A program made the translations under genes and the position numbers. A stretch of 64,000 nt of DNA. Origin: Octopus vulgaris (taxonomy: Eukaryota). The notes beneath the pieces are model-generated. The model searched no databases, was not told where the DNA came from, and saw only the letters and a list, made by a program, of their open reading frames with translations. The stretch is from positions 10,664,001 to 10,728,000 of the forward strand of contig OX597829.1 in NCBI GenBank assembly GCA_951406725.2. Direction: 5' to 3'. This document shows positions 51,289 to 62,899 of the stretch, piece by piece (the first letter of the stretch is position 1; each line of letters starts with the position of its first letter).

Positions 51289-52905
51289 TTATTTATCAAG
51301 AAATTTATTATATAAGTAAAGTAACTTGTGTCTGCATTTTATTTTGCGCTCATCACAGATATTCAGTAAATTATTATGCTTATAAAATAAAATTTCCTTA
51401 AACTCATTAGAGCACAAATAACAAAAATTCGCTCCTATAGTATATGATTTAGTTTTACTAATTATTTCCCAAGATAAATTATAATTAATATTTTGGGATT
51501 TAAGTCTCCAAATGTACTTGCTAAGTCCAGTGGAGTTAATTAAGTTTTTATTTTTAAATGAATTCAAATGTTGTGCGATTCTTAATTTTATTTTAGAGGA
51601 CCCTATATATATCGCATTTGAGTTATTATTATTCTTAATATTCTTATCATATAATGTAACTATACATTTATACACTACATCATTAGTATCACATTTATTA
51701 TTTAAATTACATTTAGATTTATCTCTACATGTACAGTTAATTAGTGTCTTGTCTTTATTATTGGTATTATTATATAATTTGTTTTTATCAAAATTATTCA
51801 GTTTAAATTTGTTAAAAGAAGAAATAATGTTACCTACACTATTGGTGGTGGAATAACCTACTCCAAAATTATTACTAGAGAAAATGCTTTTATATTTACG
51901 ATTATCTCGAATAAATAGTTCAATAATATCTAAAATCTCTTTAATAATGTTCGTTTTAACTTGAGCACCATAAGGAACTATTAACAAATTTTATTCTTAT
52001 TTTCCTTCTTATTATTATTAAAACTGTCATTATTATTGTTGTAATTATATTTCTTTATCATATTAATATTATTATTATTATTATCAGATTTATATTTATA
52101 ATCAACATTTAAAGAATTATTAAAGTTATTAATTTTATTTTTATTTTTATTATTATTATTTTTTTTTTATTCTTATTTTTATTTATATTATTTTTTTTTA
52201 TAATTTCTAATATTTTTACCACTATTACTAACAAAATTATTATAATTATTATTAATATTTTTATCTCTAATATTATTAGTTATATCTTTATCTTTATTTT
52301 TAATAAAAAAATTAATATTACTATTATAACCTGCCTCTCTAAGGGCCTCATTATAATAAGGAGCATGTTTATTAAAAATCTCTAAATCATAAGAAAGTAA
52401 TGACATACGTTTACTTATATTATTAATCAATGATTTTTTAATTGATAGTGGGTGATTACTATTAACATTTATATATCTAAGGTTCTCATTAAGTTTATGA
52501 TATGGTTGTGTTTTACCTGTAATTAGATTAAAATTAACATCTAACTAATTAACCTTAAAATTCTCATTATATATAGTGATACTTAAACCATATCTTTTAA
52601 AGAAACTATAAAGTTTTTTTCTTATATACTTCTAGGTTCCTATTAGTGCAATTCTTAGTAATTAGTAGAAGGTCATCCCTATATAAACCACCCTCTATTT
52701 TTAAATTTTCTAATTGGAGTTCAGATAAAAGATAAATACCTACTAAATCCGTAGCTTGTGCAGAATCAGGTGCACCCATAGGTATATCAAAAAATCCCTA
52801 GTATCTTTACTAGCCCATAATTTATTTTTATATTTAATGAGCGATTTCCTAGCCATTTTAATTACATTAACTTCTTCAAATGTCATTCCCACTTTATTCA
52901 TTGCA
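51289..52905 (-). pseudogene. PLE RT plus GIY-YIG endonuclease, disrupted
   Basis: ORFs 51289-51987 and 52188-52430, plus RT motifs at about 52670-52800 with a frameshift. Confidence 0.85.
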
Positions 52906-52919
52906 ATATATATATATAT

Positions 52920-53085
52920 AGGCGCAGGAGTGGCTGTGTGGTAAGTAGCTTGCTAACCAACCACATGGTTCCGGGTTCAGTCCCACTGCGTGGCATCTTG
53001 GGCAAGTGTCTTCTGCTATAGCCCCGGGCTGACCAATGCCTTGTGAGTGGATTTGGTAGACGGAAACTGAAAGAAGCCCGTCGTG

Positions 53086-53134
<49 letters not shown>

Positions 53135-53353
53135 TTGTGTGTCTGTGGTTGTCCCCCTAGCATTGCTTGACAACCGATGCTGGTGTGTTTACGTCCCCAT
53201 CACTTAGCGGTTCGGCAAAAGAGACCGATAGAATAAGTACAGGGGTTACAAAGAATAAGTCCCGGGGTCGATTTGCCCGACTAAAGGCGGTGTTCCAGCA
53301 TGGCCGCAGTCAAATGACTGAAACAAGTAAGAGTAAAGAGAGTAAGAGTAAGA

Positions 53354-53354
<1 letters not shown>
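52920..53354 (+). mobile_element. SINE family A, full length
   Basis: Near-identical to 7312-7719. Confidence 0.88.
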
Positions 53355-53393
<39 letters not shown>

Positions 53394-53407
53394 TACATAT
53401 TATTTGT

Positions 53408-53712
53408 GCAGACGCAATGGCCGACTGGTAGGAAGCGGACTCACTGGGGTAGGATCGCAGTTTCGATTTCCAGACTACAGGGTTGTGTTTATTGTGTGAA
53501 AACCTCTGAAAACTCCGTCAAGGGGTGGTGATGTTCTCTGCAGTACTCTTTCACCTCAACTTTCTCTCAGTCTTTCTTCCTGTTTCTGTTGTACCTGTGG
53601 GTTACGATGAATCTCCCCGAGAACTACGTTAAAGGTACGCGTGTCTGTGGAGTGCTCAGCCACTTGCCCATTAATTTTACGAGCAGGCTGTTCCGTTGAT
53701 CGGATCAACTGG
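53408..53712 (+). mobile_element. SINE family B, diverged
   Basis: Collinear with 48548-48900. Confidence 0.75.
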
Positions 53713-53853
53713 AATACTTTATTTTATTGACCCTGGAATAATGAAAGTAATAGCCGACCAAAACGGGCTTTTAACTCAGAACGTAAAGAAAAAGAACAAA
53801 TATTGTTCCGAAGTTCTAAAAATCTAGTTAATCTTTCCACCTCACTGCTTATA

Positions 53854-54069
53854 CGAAGGGCTGCTGAAAAGTTCCTGGCTTTGGGTAACAAAAATATACA
53901 AGAGGATCAATAAATATGATTTTATTCAACTTATTCCCCTCTCAGATTCACACACATATTGCAACGGCCCTTCATTGTTTTAAGCCTTGCAAAAGGACTC
54001 GGAAGGTTGGGCCTTTAAGCGGGCTTTTCATGACACTCTTAAAGCCAGGAACTTTTCAGCACTCCCTCA
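53854..54069. mobile_element. Tc1/mariner-like MITE
   Basis: TIRs CGAAGGGCTGCTGAAAAGTTCCTGGCTTT and AAAGCCAGGAACTTTTCAGCACTCCCTCA, flanked by TA on both sides. Confidence 0.8.
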
Positions 54070-54289
54070 TATATTGTTTCAAATTTTGACACAAAGACGG
54101 GTAATTTAATGGGAGAGAGTTAATTGATTACATCGACCCCTATACTTGACTGATATCGAAAGGATAAGAAGCAAAACTGACATCGGTAAAATTTGAACGC
54201 AGAACATAAAGAGATGGAAGAAATGGAGTTCAGCATATGCATGTTCGATATGTTAACGATTCTGCCACCTCGCTCGCTGCCTTATCACT

Positions 54290-55474
54290 GCTATATATTA
54301 TATATCTTTATCTGAGAATGTGTCTCTGTCTGTCTGTCTGTCTGTGTGCTTCCCTAAAACATGAGAACTACACAACCAATTTCATTCAAATTTTACACAT
54401 GCCTTACTTATGGTCCGGGGAGTGTCATCGGCAAAAACATTTTTTAACTTTGTGCCTAGGGCGAGCCCACAGCAATATCATATCTTCTCCACTACGATTC
54501 CCTAAAACTTGAGAACTACACAACCAATTTCATTCAAATTTTACACATGCCTTACTTAGGGTCCATGTAGTTTCAGGGGAAAAAATGTTCAACTTCTTGC
54601 CTAGAGCGAGCCCATACAATATCAGATCTTCTCCACTATTTCAGTATTACGTGTTAAAAGTGAAACAAAAATATTTCTCTATTTTATGTCAGATGCTTTC
54701 ACTTTAACAATAAAAATAATAATAACAATTGAATTATATGTAGTAAGTAATAATTAAAATCAAGCTGAAGTATAATATAATCGTAACATAACAAAAGTAA
54801 AAATAGCAATTGGTATGAAATTGCATCAATGATTTGAACTTGAAAAAGTGGTTTCACATGAATGGGAATAAATTAAAAATAAAATTAGCATGCAGAAATG
54901 GAATAGTCCAGATGGATAATAAAAAATCAAATTAAAGAAAAGACTATTGTCTATAAAGTATGCAATGTAGAGAAAAGAGATTTGAACACATGGAGGGAAG
55001 CACCTCCGAAAAGTGTCTTGGTGTGACTATGAAAGATATCTAATCAGAGGCGGTAGATTCGCCACAATAGAAGCAAGTTTCGAGTCAATGGAGTGTGCAA
55101 GGGAGTACTCGACTCGAACTTGCAAAGTGGAAATATTTTATTTTTACTTTTATATCTGGGACGTAGGACGTCCAGAAAAAAAATTAAAATCCCACTCCCC
55201 ACCAGAAGTAGAGGTAGGCTGGATTGTAGCCACACTTCTATACAAAAGGGAGGACAAGATACAATTGCTCGAAATTACAAGAGACGGGCTAACAATTCCA
55301 GTCTGTTATATATTTTGCGTATTGTTATCACTAGCGATATCAAGATATAACTTTGTATTTTGCATTTTATGTGTAGATGTATATATAGAGATGTACATGT
55401 AATATGTACACATATATATACACATATATACATGCACTAGCACTATGACCGCAATGACGTGTCTTTAATGCTAG
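54290..55474 (+). mobile_element. Non-autonomous Helitron-like element
   Basis: (CTGT)n-type 5' end, tandem units of about 150 bp, weak hairpin then CTAG-T at 55471-55475; 5' part repeated at 55505-55720. Confidence 0.6.
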
Positions 55475-55899
55475 TATTATATATATATATATATATATAT
55501 AAAACTGAGAATGTCTGTCTATCTGTCTGTGTGTTTCCCTAAAACTTCAGAACTACACAACCAATTTCATTCAAGTTTTACACATGCCTTACTTAAGGTC
55601 CGGGGAGTGTCATCGGCAAAAACATTTTTTTAACTTTTTGCCTAGGGTGACCCCACAACAATATCATATCTTCTCCACTATTTCAGTATTACGTGTTAAA
55701 AGTGAAACAAAAACATCTCTCTTTTGTAATGCAGACACTTGTATTTTAATACTGAAACTATTAAAGTGAAAGTATTATATAACAGGGATGAACAGTGGTC
55801 ATCCATTTTGCTAGAAGAAGATCCGCTATGATCTTATATGCTACACCACTGGTTTTTAATTCATATTAATCAAATTAATATTCAATTTTTCACCCTTAT

Positions 55900-55932
<33 letters not shown>

Positions 55933-56522
55933 TAGCAATTCGTATAAAATTGCATCAATGTCTTGAACTTGAATAAGTGGTTTCACAAAAATGGGGATAA
56001 ATTTAAAAAGGTTTGTTGTTATTATTACTGTTTGACTATTGTAATCACGTTTGTTGGCTCCTCGTCAGGGAAACGTTGTTGTGTTGGATTTGTTAAATAA
56101 TTGTAAACCGTATCCCTCCCCCTTTCGGAGAATGGGGCTTTGGTTATTGTTTAAAAATTGAATTTTGTCCCTGTTTGGGGAAATTGACAATATTTTCACC
56201 GTCTTTACGGAAGCATTTTTGTTAAAATGCTTTCGATAGAAGAAAGTCCAAAAATGAATTTCACTGCAGCCGTACACTTCTATACAAGAGGGAGGACAAG
56301 ATCCAATTGATCGAAATTGCAAGAGACGGGCCTACAATTCCAGTCTATTATATATTTTGAATAATGTTATCACTAGCGATATCAAGATATAACTTTGCAT
56401 TTTGTATTTTATGTGTAGATGTATATATATATAGATGTACATGTAATAGGTACACATATATATACACATATATATATGCATAATATATCTACCCATACAC
56501 ATATACGGACACACACATACAT

Positions 56523-56660
56523 AGGGGCAGGTGCGGCTGTTTGGTAACAAACTACGTTCCAAACGCATGGTCCTGGCTTCAGTCCCACTGTGTGGTGACT
56601 TGGCATGTGTCTTCTGCTGTAGCCTCAGACCAACAAAAGCCTTCTCAGTGAATTTTGTAC
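56523..56660 (+). mobile_element. Partial SINE family A inside the Helitron
   Basis: GGCAGGTGCGGCTGTTTGGTAA..CAGTCCCACTGTGTGG..TGTCTTCTGCTGTAGCC. Confidence 0.65.
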
Positions 56661-56869
56661 ATATATACAGACATACATACATATATATACTTGCATACGT
56701 ACATATTCGACATAAACACTCTACCACTACAACTAATAACTGTTGGGAACACTTTCAAACCTGCCTTACATTCGAACCGGAATCTCAAAAACATTGTTCC
56801 CTTACATCTCATTCTCATTTCCTTCCCAACACAGGGAAATAAAACTTACTTCTCACTACGGGACAATGG

Positions 56870-58215
56870 ATGATGGTAACAGATATTTACTACAGAACTA
56901 TTCTTAACAGTGTACGCCAACGCGAGGGACGAATCTGCTTCCTCGATGCTCCTGGAGGGACAGGAAAAACATTTATTACAAAATTTCTCCTTGCAGAAGT
57001 TAGGCAGCATCAGGACATTGCAGTAGCTGTAGTCTCCTCTGGCATTGCAGCTAGTTTGTTACCCGGTGGCAGGACAGCACACTCAACTTTTAAACTCCCT
57101 CTCAATCTAGCAGCATCCGAAATGCCTTCATGCAACATCAACAAAAGCTCAGATCAGGGACAAGTATTTAAAATGTGTCATCTAACTATCTGGGGTGAGT
57201 GCACTATGGCTCACAGGGGAGCTTTGGAAGCATTAGATAGAGCCCTGAAAGACATCCGAGACTGTCAGGCTCCAATGGGAGGTGTAACGCTTCTGTTCTG
57301 TTATCAGGTGATTTCAGGCAAGCTCTTCCTGTCATTCCGAAAGGCACTAGAGCAGATGAAGTCCAAGCATGCCTAAAGTCCTCTACCCTGTGGCATCATG
57401 TTACAATCCTCAGTCTCACCACTAACATGAGAGCTCAGCTACACGGCGACAAAATGTCCACAAAGTTTGCACAGGACATTTTGACACTTGGTGAAGGCAA
57501 GATGCCTCTCGATGGTGCAGGACAAATGGAAGTGTAGTCATTTTCCTCTGTTGTTTATTCTGTAGATGACCTCAAAAACAAAGTCTTTCCCAACTTCACA
57601 CAAAACTACCAAAATCATAATTGGCTGTGTGAAAGAGCAATATTAGCTCCAAAAAACGTTACTGTTAACAAAATTAATCAACAGCTAATGCATTCTCTTC
57701 CCGGCACTATACACAATTACAAGTCTGTTGATACAATTCCAGATATAAATGAAGTTGTGAACTATCCTCCTGAATTTCTCAATTCACTGGAGCCTCCTGG
57801 ACTACCTCCACACATATTAGCACTTAAAGTTGGAACTCCTGTAATGCTACTCCGCAATCTGGAACCACCAAGACTTTGCAATGGAACACGACTGGTGATA
57901 AACAAAATGATGTCACGCGTTATCGAGGCGATCATTCTTTCTGGAAGTGGAAAAGGTGATGACGTCTTTATTCCAAGATTTCCTCTTACTCCATCAGGAG
58001 CAGAAATTCCATTTACATTCAGAAGACTGAAATTCCCCCTTCGTGTCAGCTTTGCGATGTCCATTAACAAATCTCAGGGTCAAACCCTCTCTGTAGCTGG
58101 TCTTCTCTTGGAAGAGCCCTGCTTCTCGCATGGGCAACTGTATGTTGGCTGCTCAAGAGTAGGAACCAAAAGAAACTTTTTTTGTATAAGGAAAAACAAG
58201 GAACATTGTTTACAA
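56870..58215 (+). pseudogene. Helitron PIF1-family (SF1B) helicase, disrupted
   Basis: FLDAPGGTGKT, SSGIAA..GGRTAHS, LKVGTPVMLLRNL..LCNGTRL, FAMSINKSQGQTL, FSHGQLYVGCSR; frameshift and stop at about 57300-57540. Confidence 0.92.
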
Positions 58216-58417
58216 CGAGGTGTTATAATCTCAACAGCCAGGAGGTATATACATGATCCCCCTTTTTTTTAACAAACTACATGTACTTTTATGTATTTAT
58301 ATTAATATACATATATATATGTGTGTGTGTGTGTGTGTTTATGTATCCATATATATATAACAGAAAAATCTAATTCTTCAATCAAATGTAACCGGGCAAC
58401 GCCGGGTATCTCTGCTA

Positions 58418-58489
<72 letters not shown>

Positions 58490-58491
58490 TA

Positions 58492-58549
<58 letters not shown>

Positions 58550-58599
58550 TATATTTATATGTATGTTTGTATGTATGTATATATGTACATATAAATATA

Positions 58600-58966
58600 C
58601 AATTCATAAATAAGGACAAACGAAAAAATTTCTAATGCCAAATATGCCGAAAAATTGGACATATTGTCCATTAACCATATAATTTTTTCACAATACGCAC
58701 GCTACTCGAAAAAAGGTCGATAGAAATTTCTAAAAAATTCCATTATTACCATATCGGAGCGATTTCAGGGTTAGCTCATAACAGCCCTCCCCTCGTCAGT
58801 GATACATGTGGCAAAAGATATAAATGAGATACTTACTCATACCCATGGAATCTGTCGACCTTTTTTCGAGTAGCGTGCGTATTGTGAAAAAATTATATGG
58901 TTAATGGACAATATGTCGGCATATTTGGCATTAGAAATTTTTTCGTTTGCCCTTATTTATGAATTG
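58600..58966. mobile_element. Short element with inverted arms of about 120 bp (58600-58724, 58851-58966) enclosing a hammerhead motif
   Basis: CAATTCATAAATAAGG..GGTCGATAGA mirrored by TCTGTCGACC..CCTTATTTATGAATTG. Confidence 0.75.
58751..58805 (-). ncRNA. Type I hammerhead motif (slightly degenerate)
   Basis: Minus strand GTATCA-CTGACGA-GGGGAGGG..CCCT-GAAA-TCGC-TC-CGATAT. Confidence 0.6.
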
Positions 58967-59146
58967 CTTATAAATTTAACCTTTAAAGGTATTTTTTAAT
59001 ATGGTGGCCATTGATAAAAATTTTTTTGTAAAAAATTTTATCCTACATTAGATATACATATATACATATATATACACACATATATATGTATATATATATA
59101 TATGTATATATATATATGTGTGTATGTGTGTGTATATATAATGTAC

Positions 59147-59239
<93 letters not shown>

Positions 59240-61081
59240 AGCGAGCGCATACACACACATGCGCACACACACACATATATATTGGTTTCAAATTTTGGCA
59301 CAAAGCCAGCAAGTTCGATTACAAAATAATAAGTGGCATTCGAATAATGCTACTTATTATTTTACAGAACCCGAAACGATGAAATGCAACGTCGACTTCG
59401 ACACAATTTGAACTCAGAATGCAAACCATTGCCTATATATATTAATAAATTTTTAGTAACATCCATTATCCTTACACGGAAAATTAACAGCAAAGTATTC
59501 TATTTTAAAAGTGCAATTCAGTTTTGTGAGGATTTTGTTTGTTTGAAATATTTAGTTTAAGTTAAGAACTTTAAAAAATATTTCTTAACAAGAAATATTT
59601 ATAATTCATTGCACCAGTTTGACCTTACTATTTATAATATCAATTTGGAGTGACTTGAGCAAGTGAAGCTTACAGAATATTGTACAGAGAAGATTGAAAA
59701 GTACATTTATTGTAATTAGATATTTTAGTATAAATTCCTTTAACTTTGGTGAAAACTACAGGAAGTGAGCTTTAAAAAAGTCGCCGTGTTATACAAATTT
59801 CAGCGTGTTACTTGATAAAATAAGTCATTGAAACACACATGGGCTTTAGCGATTATAACTTGGTTAATTTAGCGAGGAAAGGATTTTGTTTAGTCTTAGG
59901 TGCACAGAACGGATCTTGATAAGTATGGCGAGATAAGTTTATTGGGTAAATGATGTGGTTTAGTATAAGAAGAACAGGATAGCTTCCGATGAGGTACAGA
60001 GTCAGTTTAGGTTAGAAGCAGTGATTTTACTAATAGATACAGGACATATATTGATGGCCGTCCGTTATGTAGGCGGTTTAGTGGGACATATGTTGTTATA
60101 TTGCAAATGTTACTTGTGAGATTTTGATATGTGTCATATTGTATTACTTGTCAGACACGCCTCCCGGTTACTTTAAGGGATACAGAGTAGATTTTATGAG
60201 TATAATGCAAATATTTTAGTGCCGAGGTGAAAACGGTACGTTAATATAAAGCAGTCACGGGAAAACTGTGGCCTGCGGGACTTCATTCATGAATGGTACG
60301 CCTGTTACCCCGAGAAAAATTTCGATTATTAAAATTACTTTGAATATTTTTAGTAATACGGCCCGATTGATGATAAGTCGTGTATCATGCGACCCGTCTC
60401 TCGAAAAAGATTGCCCATGCTTGATGTAAAGAATACAGAGCAGATTTTGTCAGGTCTAATGTAGCGGTTATTGTGGATCATTGATGGTACTCTGTAGAAA
60501 TGGCACAGGCTACATGCTTATTGGGACATTGTGGTGAGTTCATGAATGTCTTGCAAACATGATTTCATGAGTGTATTGTGTGATTTAAGTGTTGTAAGGA
60601 TATGCTTAGTATAAGAGGACAAATTTTAATGAGTGTAATCTGGTGCTTTTAGTAGAACCAGAAATTTACTGAATATAAAGAACCAAATGCATATTTTTCG
60701 CAGATATATGAAATTGATTTCGATATATGTATTGTGGAAGTTTTGCCGAGAGAATTATATACTATCAACTAACAGGTTTCAGTTTCGAAGTTCTATGAAT
60801 TTTCTTAATATGTATTATCATTATTATATGTAATCTGTTATAATATACTAAAATGTTATAGCACATTTTCTTTTAGATGTTTGTGGTATTTTTGTCATTG
60901 CTATATGTTTAAAGTTTTCGCTTTCATTTTTATTGTTTACTTTTGTGGTATAACCACTGGTATCATGATGTCCTCATAGTTGTTCTTGTTGGTAGCTGGA
61001 TCTTGCTACCTTTACTATTGCTAATACTGAAAATAGCGGAGATCGAAATGGACGCACATTTGAAAACTGGATTAATGAAAC

Positions 61082-61597
61082 ATTAGAGAATGACTATTTT
61101 TAAATCTCACAACGAGAGATATTCAGCAACAGTACTTTAGAGTAAAGATTGTTTTGCCAACATAACATGGCAGTCATTGTTTAGGACGAATGTTGGTGTA
61201 ATTTAGCCCCAGGTGATATCGTCTCCAGCTGGCTATACGACATGATCTGTGTCCTTATATTTTCGAACAAGGGAATCTGGCACTCCGACTCAACTCAAAA
61301 CAATATCTGTGTATCAAAGTTCTGTTGCTGAATATTTCTCGTTGTGAGATTTAAAAATAGTAATTTTCTAATTTATAAATCAGTGACTAATTGTCACTTT
61401 GAAAACTATATATTTCGAACGGGAATTTCCAGCGCCACTTCAAGTCGAACAATTATTCTGTGCTGATGAAGAAAAATAGCCCGGAAATCGCGATGCACAG
61501 ATATTGTTTTGAGCTGAGTGAGGGTGCTAGATTCCCTTGTTCGAAAAATGTAAGGACACAGATCGTGTCGTATAGCAAGCTGGAAACGATGTCTCCT
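61082..61597. repeat. Two overlapping inverted repeats (61082-61156 with 61296-61372; 61211-61315 with 61492-61597)
   Basis: Reverse-complement matches such as TTTTAAATCTCACAACGAGA and TTCGAACAAGGGAATCT. Confidence 0.85.
61457..61501 (+). ncRNA. Degenerate type I hammerhead motif
   Basis: TCTGTG-CTGATGA-..-GAAAT-CGCG-ATG-CACAGA; 6-bp stem I, decayed stem II, G at position 17. Confidence 0.6.
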
Positions 61598-62092
61598 AAT
61601 GAAACATTATTGCATATTGTTGCGAACAACGTGCGTGTAAATAAGGAAAATATGGTTATTTTATTATATCTCACCAAATTTTTTATTCCTTTAAAAAATA
61701 TATTTATTGCCTTTGTTTTTGTGTAGAACGATCTTTCGGTTGGATTGGTTAAACATCTGATCGAAAGCATTCAATACTTGACCGCCTGTCTTTTTTTTCC
61801 ATAAGGTGTGTAAGAGTACACTAGTGAATGTATTCTATCCTTAACAATTGTAAGATCACAAAAAGAGTGTCTGAATAAAGAGAGTAAATGATAGTTGATT
61901 TCAGTATATAGACAAGGCGGAAATTGTAATCACGATGTATATTTCAAAGTTTTATGTAGATTCAAATTAATAATTTAGATTCAAATGAATATGGTATTTA
62001 ATTTAGATGCACCAGAATTCTGTATGGTGTTAACCATAAAAATTCGCGGGGTGATTATAATCAAAATAAGTAACATGAATTACCTCAGTAAT

Positions 62093-62178
62093 TTGGTACG
62101 ATCGTTTCGTACTACATCATTTTATTAAATGTTGTAAGTATTACAACAGTTTTAAAATACTGAGCACTCATCAGCCAA
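62093..62178 (-). ncRNA. Type I hammerhead ribozyme
   Basis: Minus strand TTGG-CTGATGA-GTGCT..AGTAC-GAAAC-GATC-GTA-CCAA. Confidence 0.85.
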
Positions 62179-62899
62179 TTATAGAGGTTTTCCATTAATG
62201 CAAAAATGTTCATATCAAGTGGCAACATTATAGAGAAGGGAGATAAATAAACAAAAATGTGGATTTAAATTTTAAGAAAATTTGAGGTAGTGGAGCCCAT
62301 CAACTGACTGACTAAGATTCAGCTGTTCCAGACTACCGTAATGTTCTGAGAGGGAAGAACAAATGAAAAGGGACAATAAAGATTTTATAATTATAGAAAT
62401 GGGGTAAAGGGGATGTCATAGCTCGATATAAGGAATTTGTGTAGAAGAGAGCATGGTCACAACTAAATTCCAATTGCTACTATTTGATGAACAGATTCAG
62501 CGTTAGAAGAACTAGGTCAAAGTCAAATGGTCACAATAAAATTCACAGAGAATGCAGAGATCTTACAAACCCTATGCATATTAACACAACAGTTGGTCTA
62601 TAAGTTCCAAGTACTTTGACACGTTAGAATAAAGGAAAAAATATAAATCTAAAATTTATTCAAATTTGGAGAAAGAGACTATCACTTATTATGAGTCAGC
62701 ATAGTACTTATTATCTGGGGGAAACAACCTTATTAATCAAGTGAACATATTAGGGGTCAAAATATATACTGAGAAAGATGGAAGAGGGAAAATCAAAGAA
62801 GGAAGATATTCATAGGTTGTATTTTATAATATGAAGAGTGGTAATTTAGAAGAGTAAATTATTCAAATTTCATGGATAGTGGGTTGATATTAATGAATT

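Larger units (their letters stand above)
49010..52905 (-). mobile_element. 5'-truncated Naiad-type Penelope-like retroelement with long AT-rich 3' region
   Basis: RT motifs DIPMGAPDSA and GGLYRDD; GIY-YIG ORF with CTCRDKSKCNLNNKC, VVYKC..YIG, LSKYIW, CYLC and KCRH; sense-strand hammerhead in the 3' end. Confidence 0.88.
55476..58418 (+). mobile_element. Internally deleted Helitron carrying a PIF1 helicase remnant
   Basis: Same 5' end as 54290; helicase pseudogene; 3' hairpin CCGG-GCAACG-CCGG (58392-58405) followed by CTAG at 58415-58418. Confidence 0.75.

Noticed and set aside
49010-52400. Possible mitochondrial or endosymbiont insertion suggested by very low GC
   Set aside because: Explained by the RT, GIY-YIG and hammerhead of a Penelope-like element that has a second partial copy in the window
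54351-54680. Direct repeats as a possible CRISPR-like array
   Set aside because: Units of about 150 bp without unique spacers, inside a Helitron-like element in a eukaryotic context
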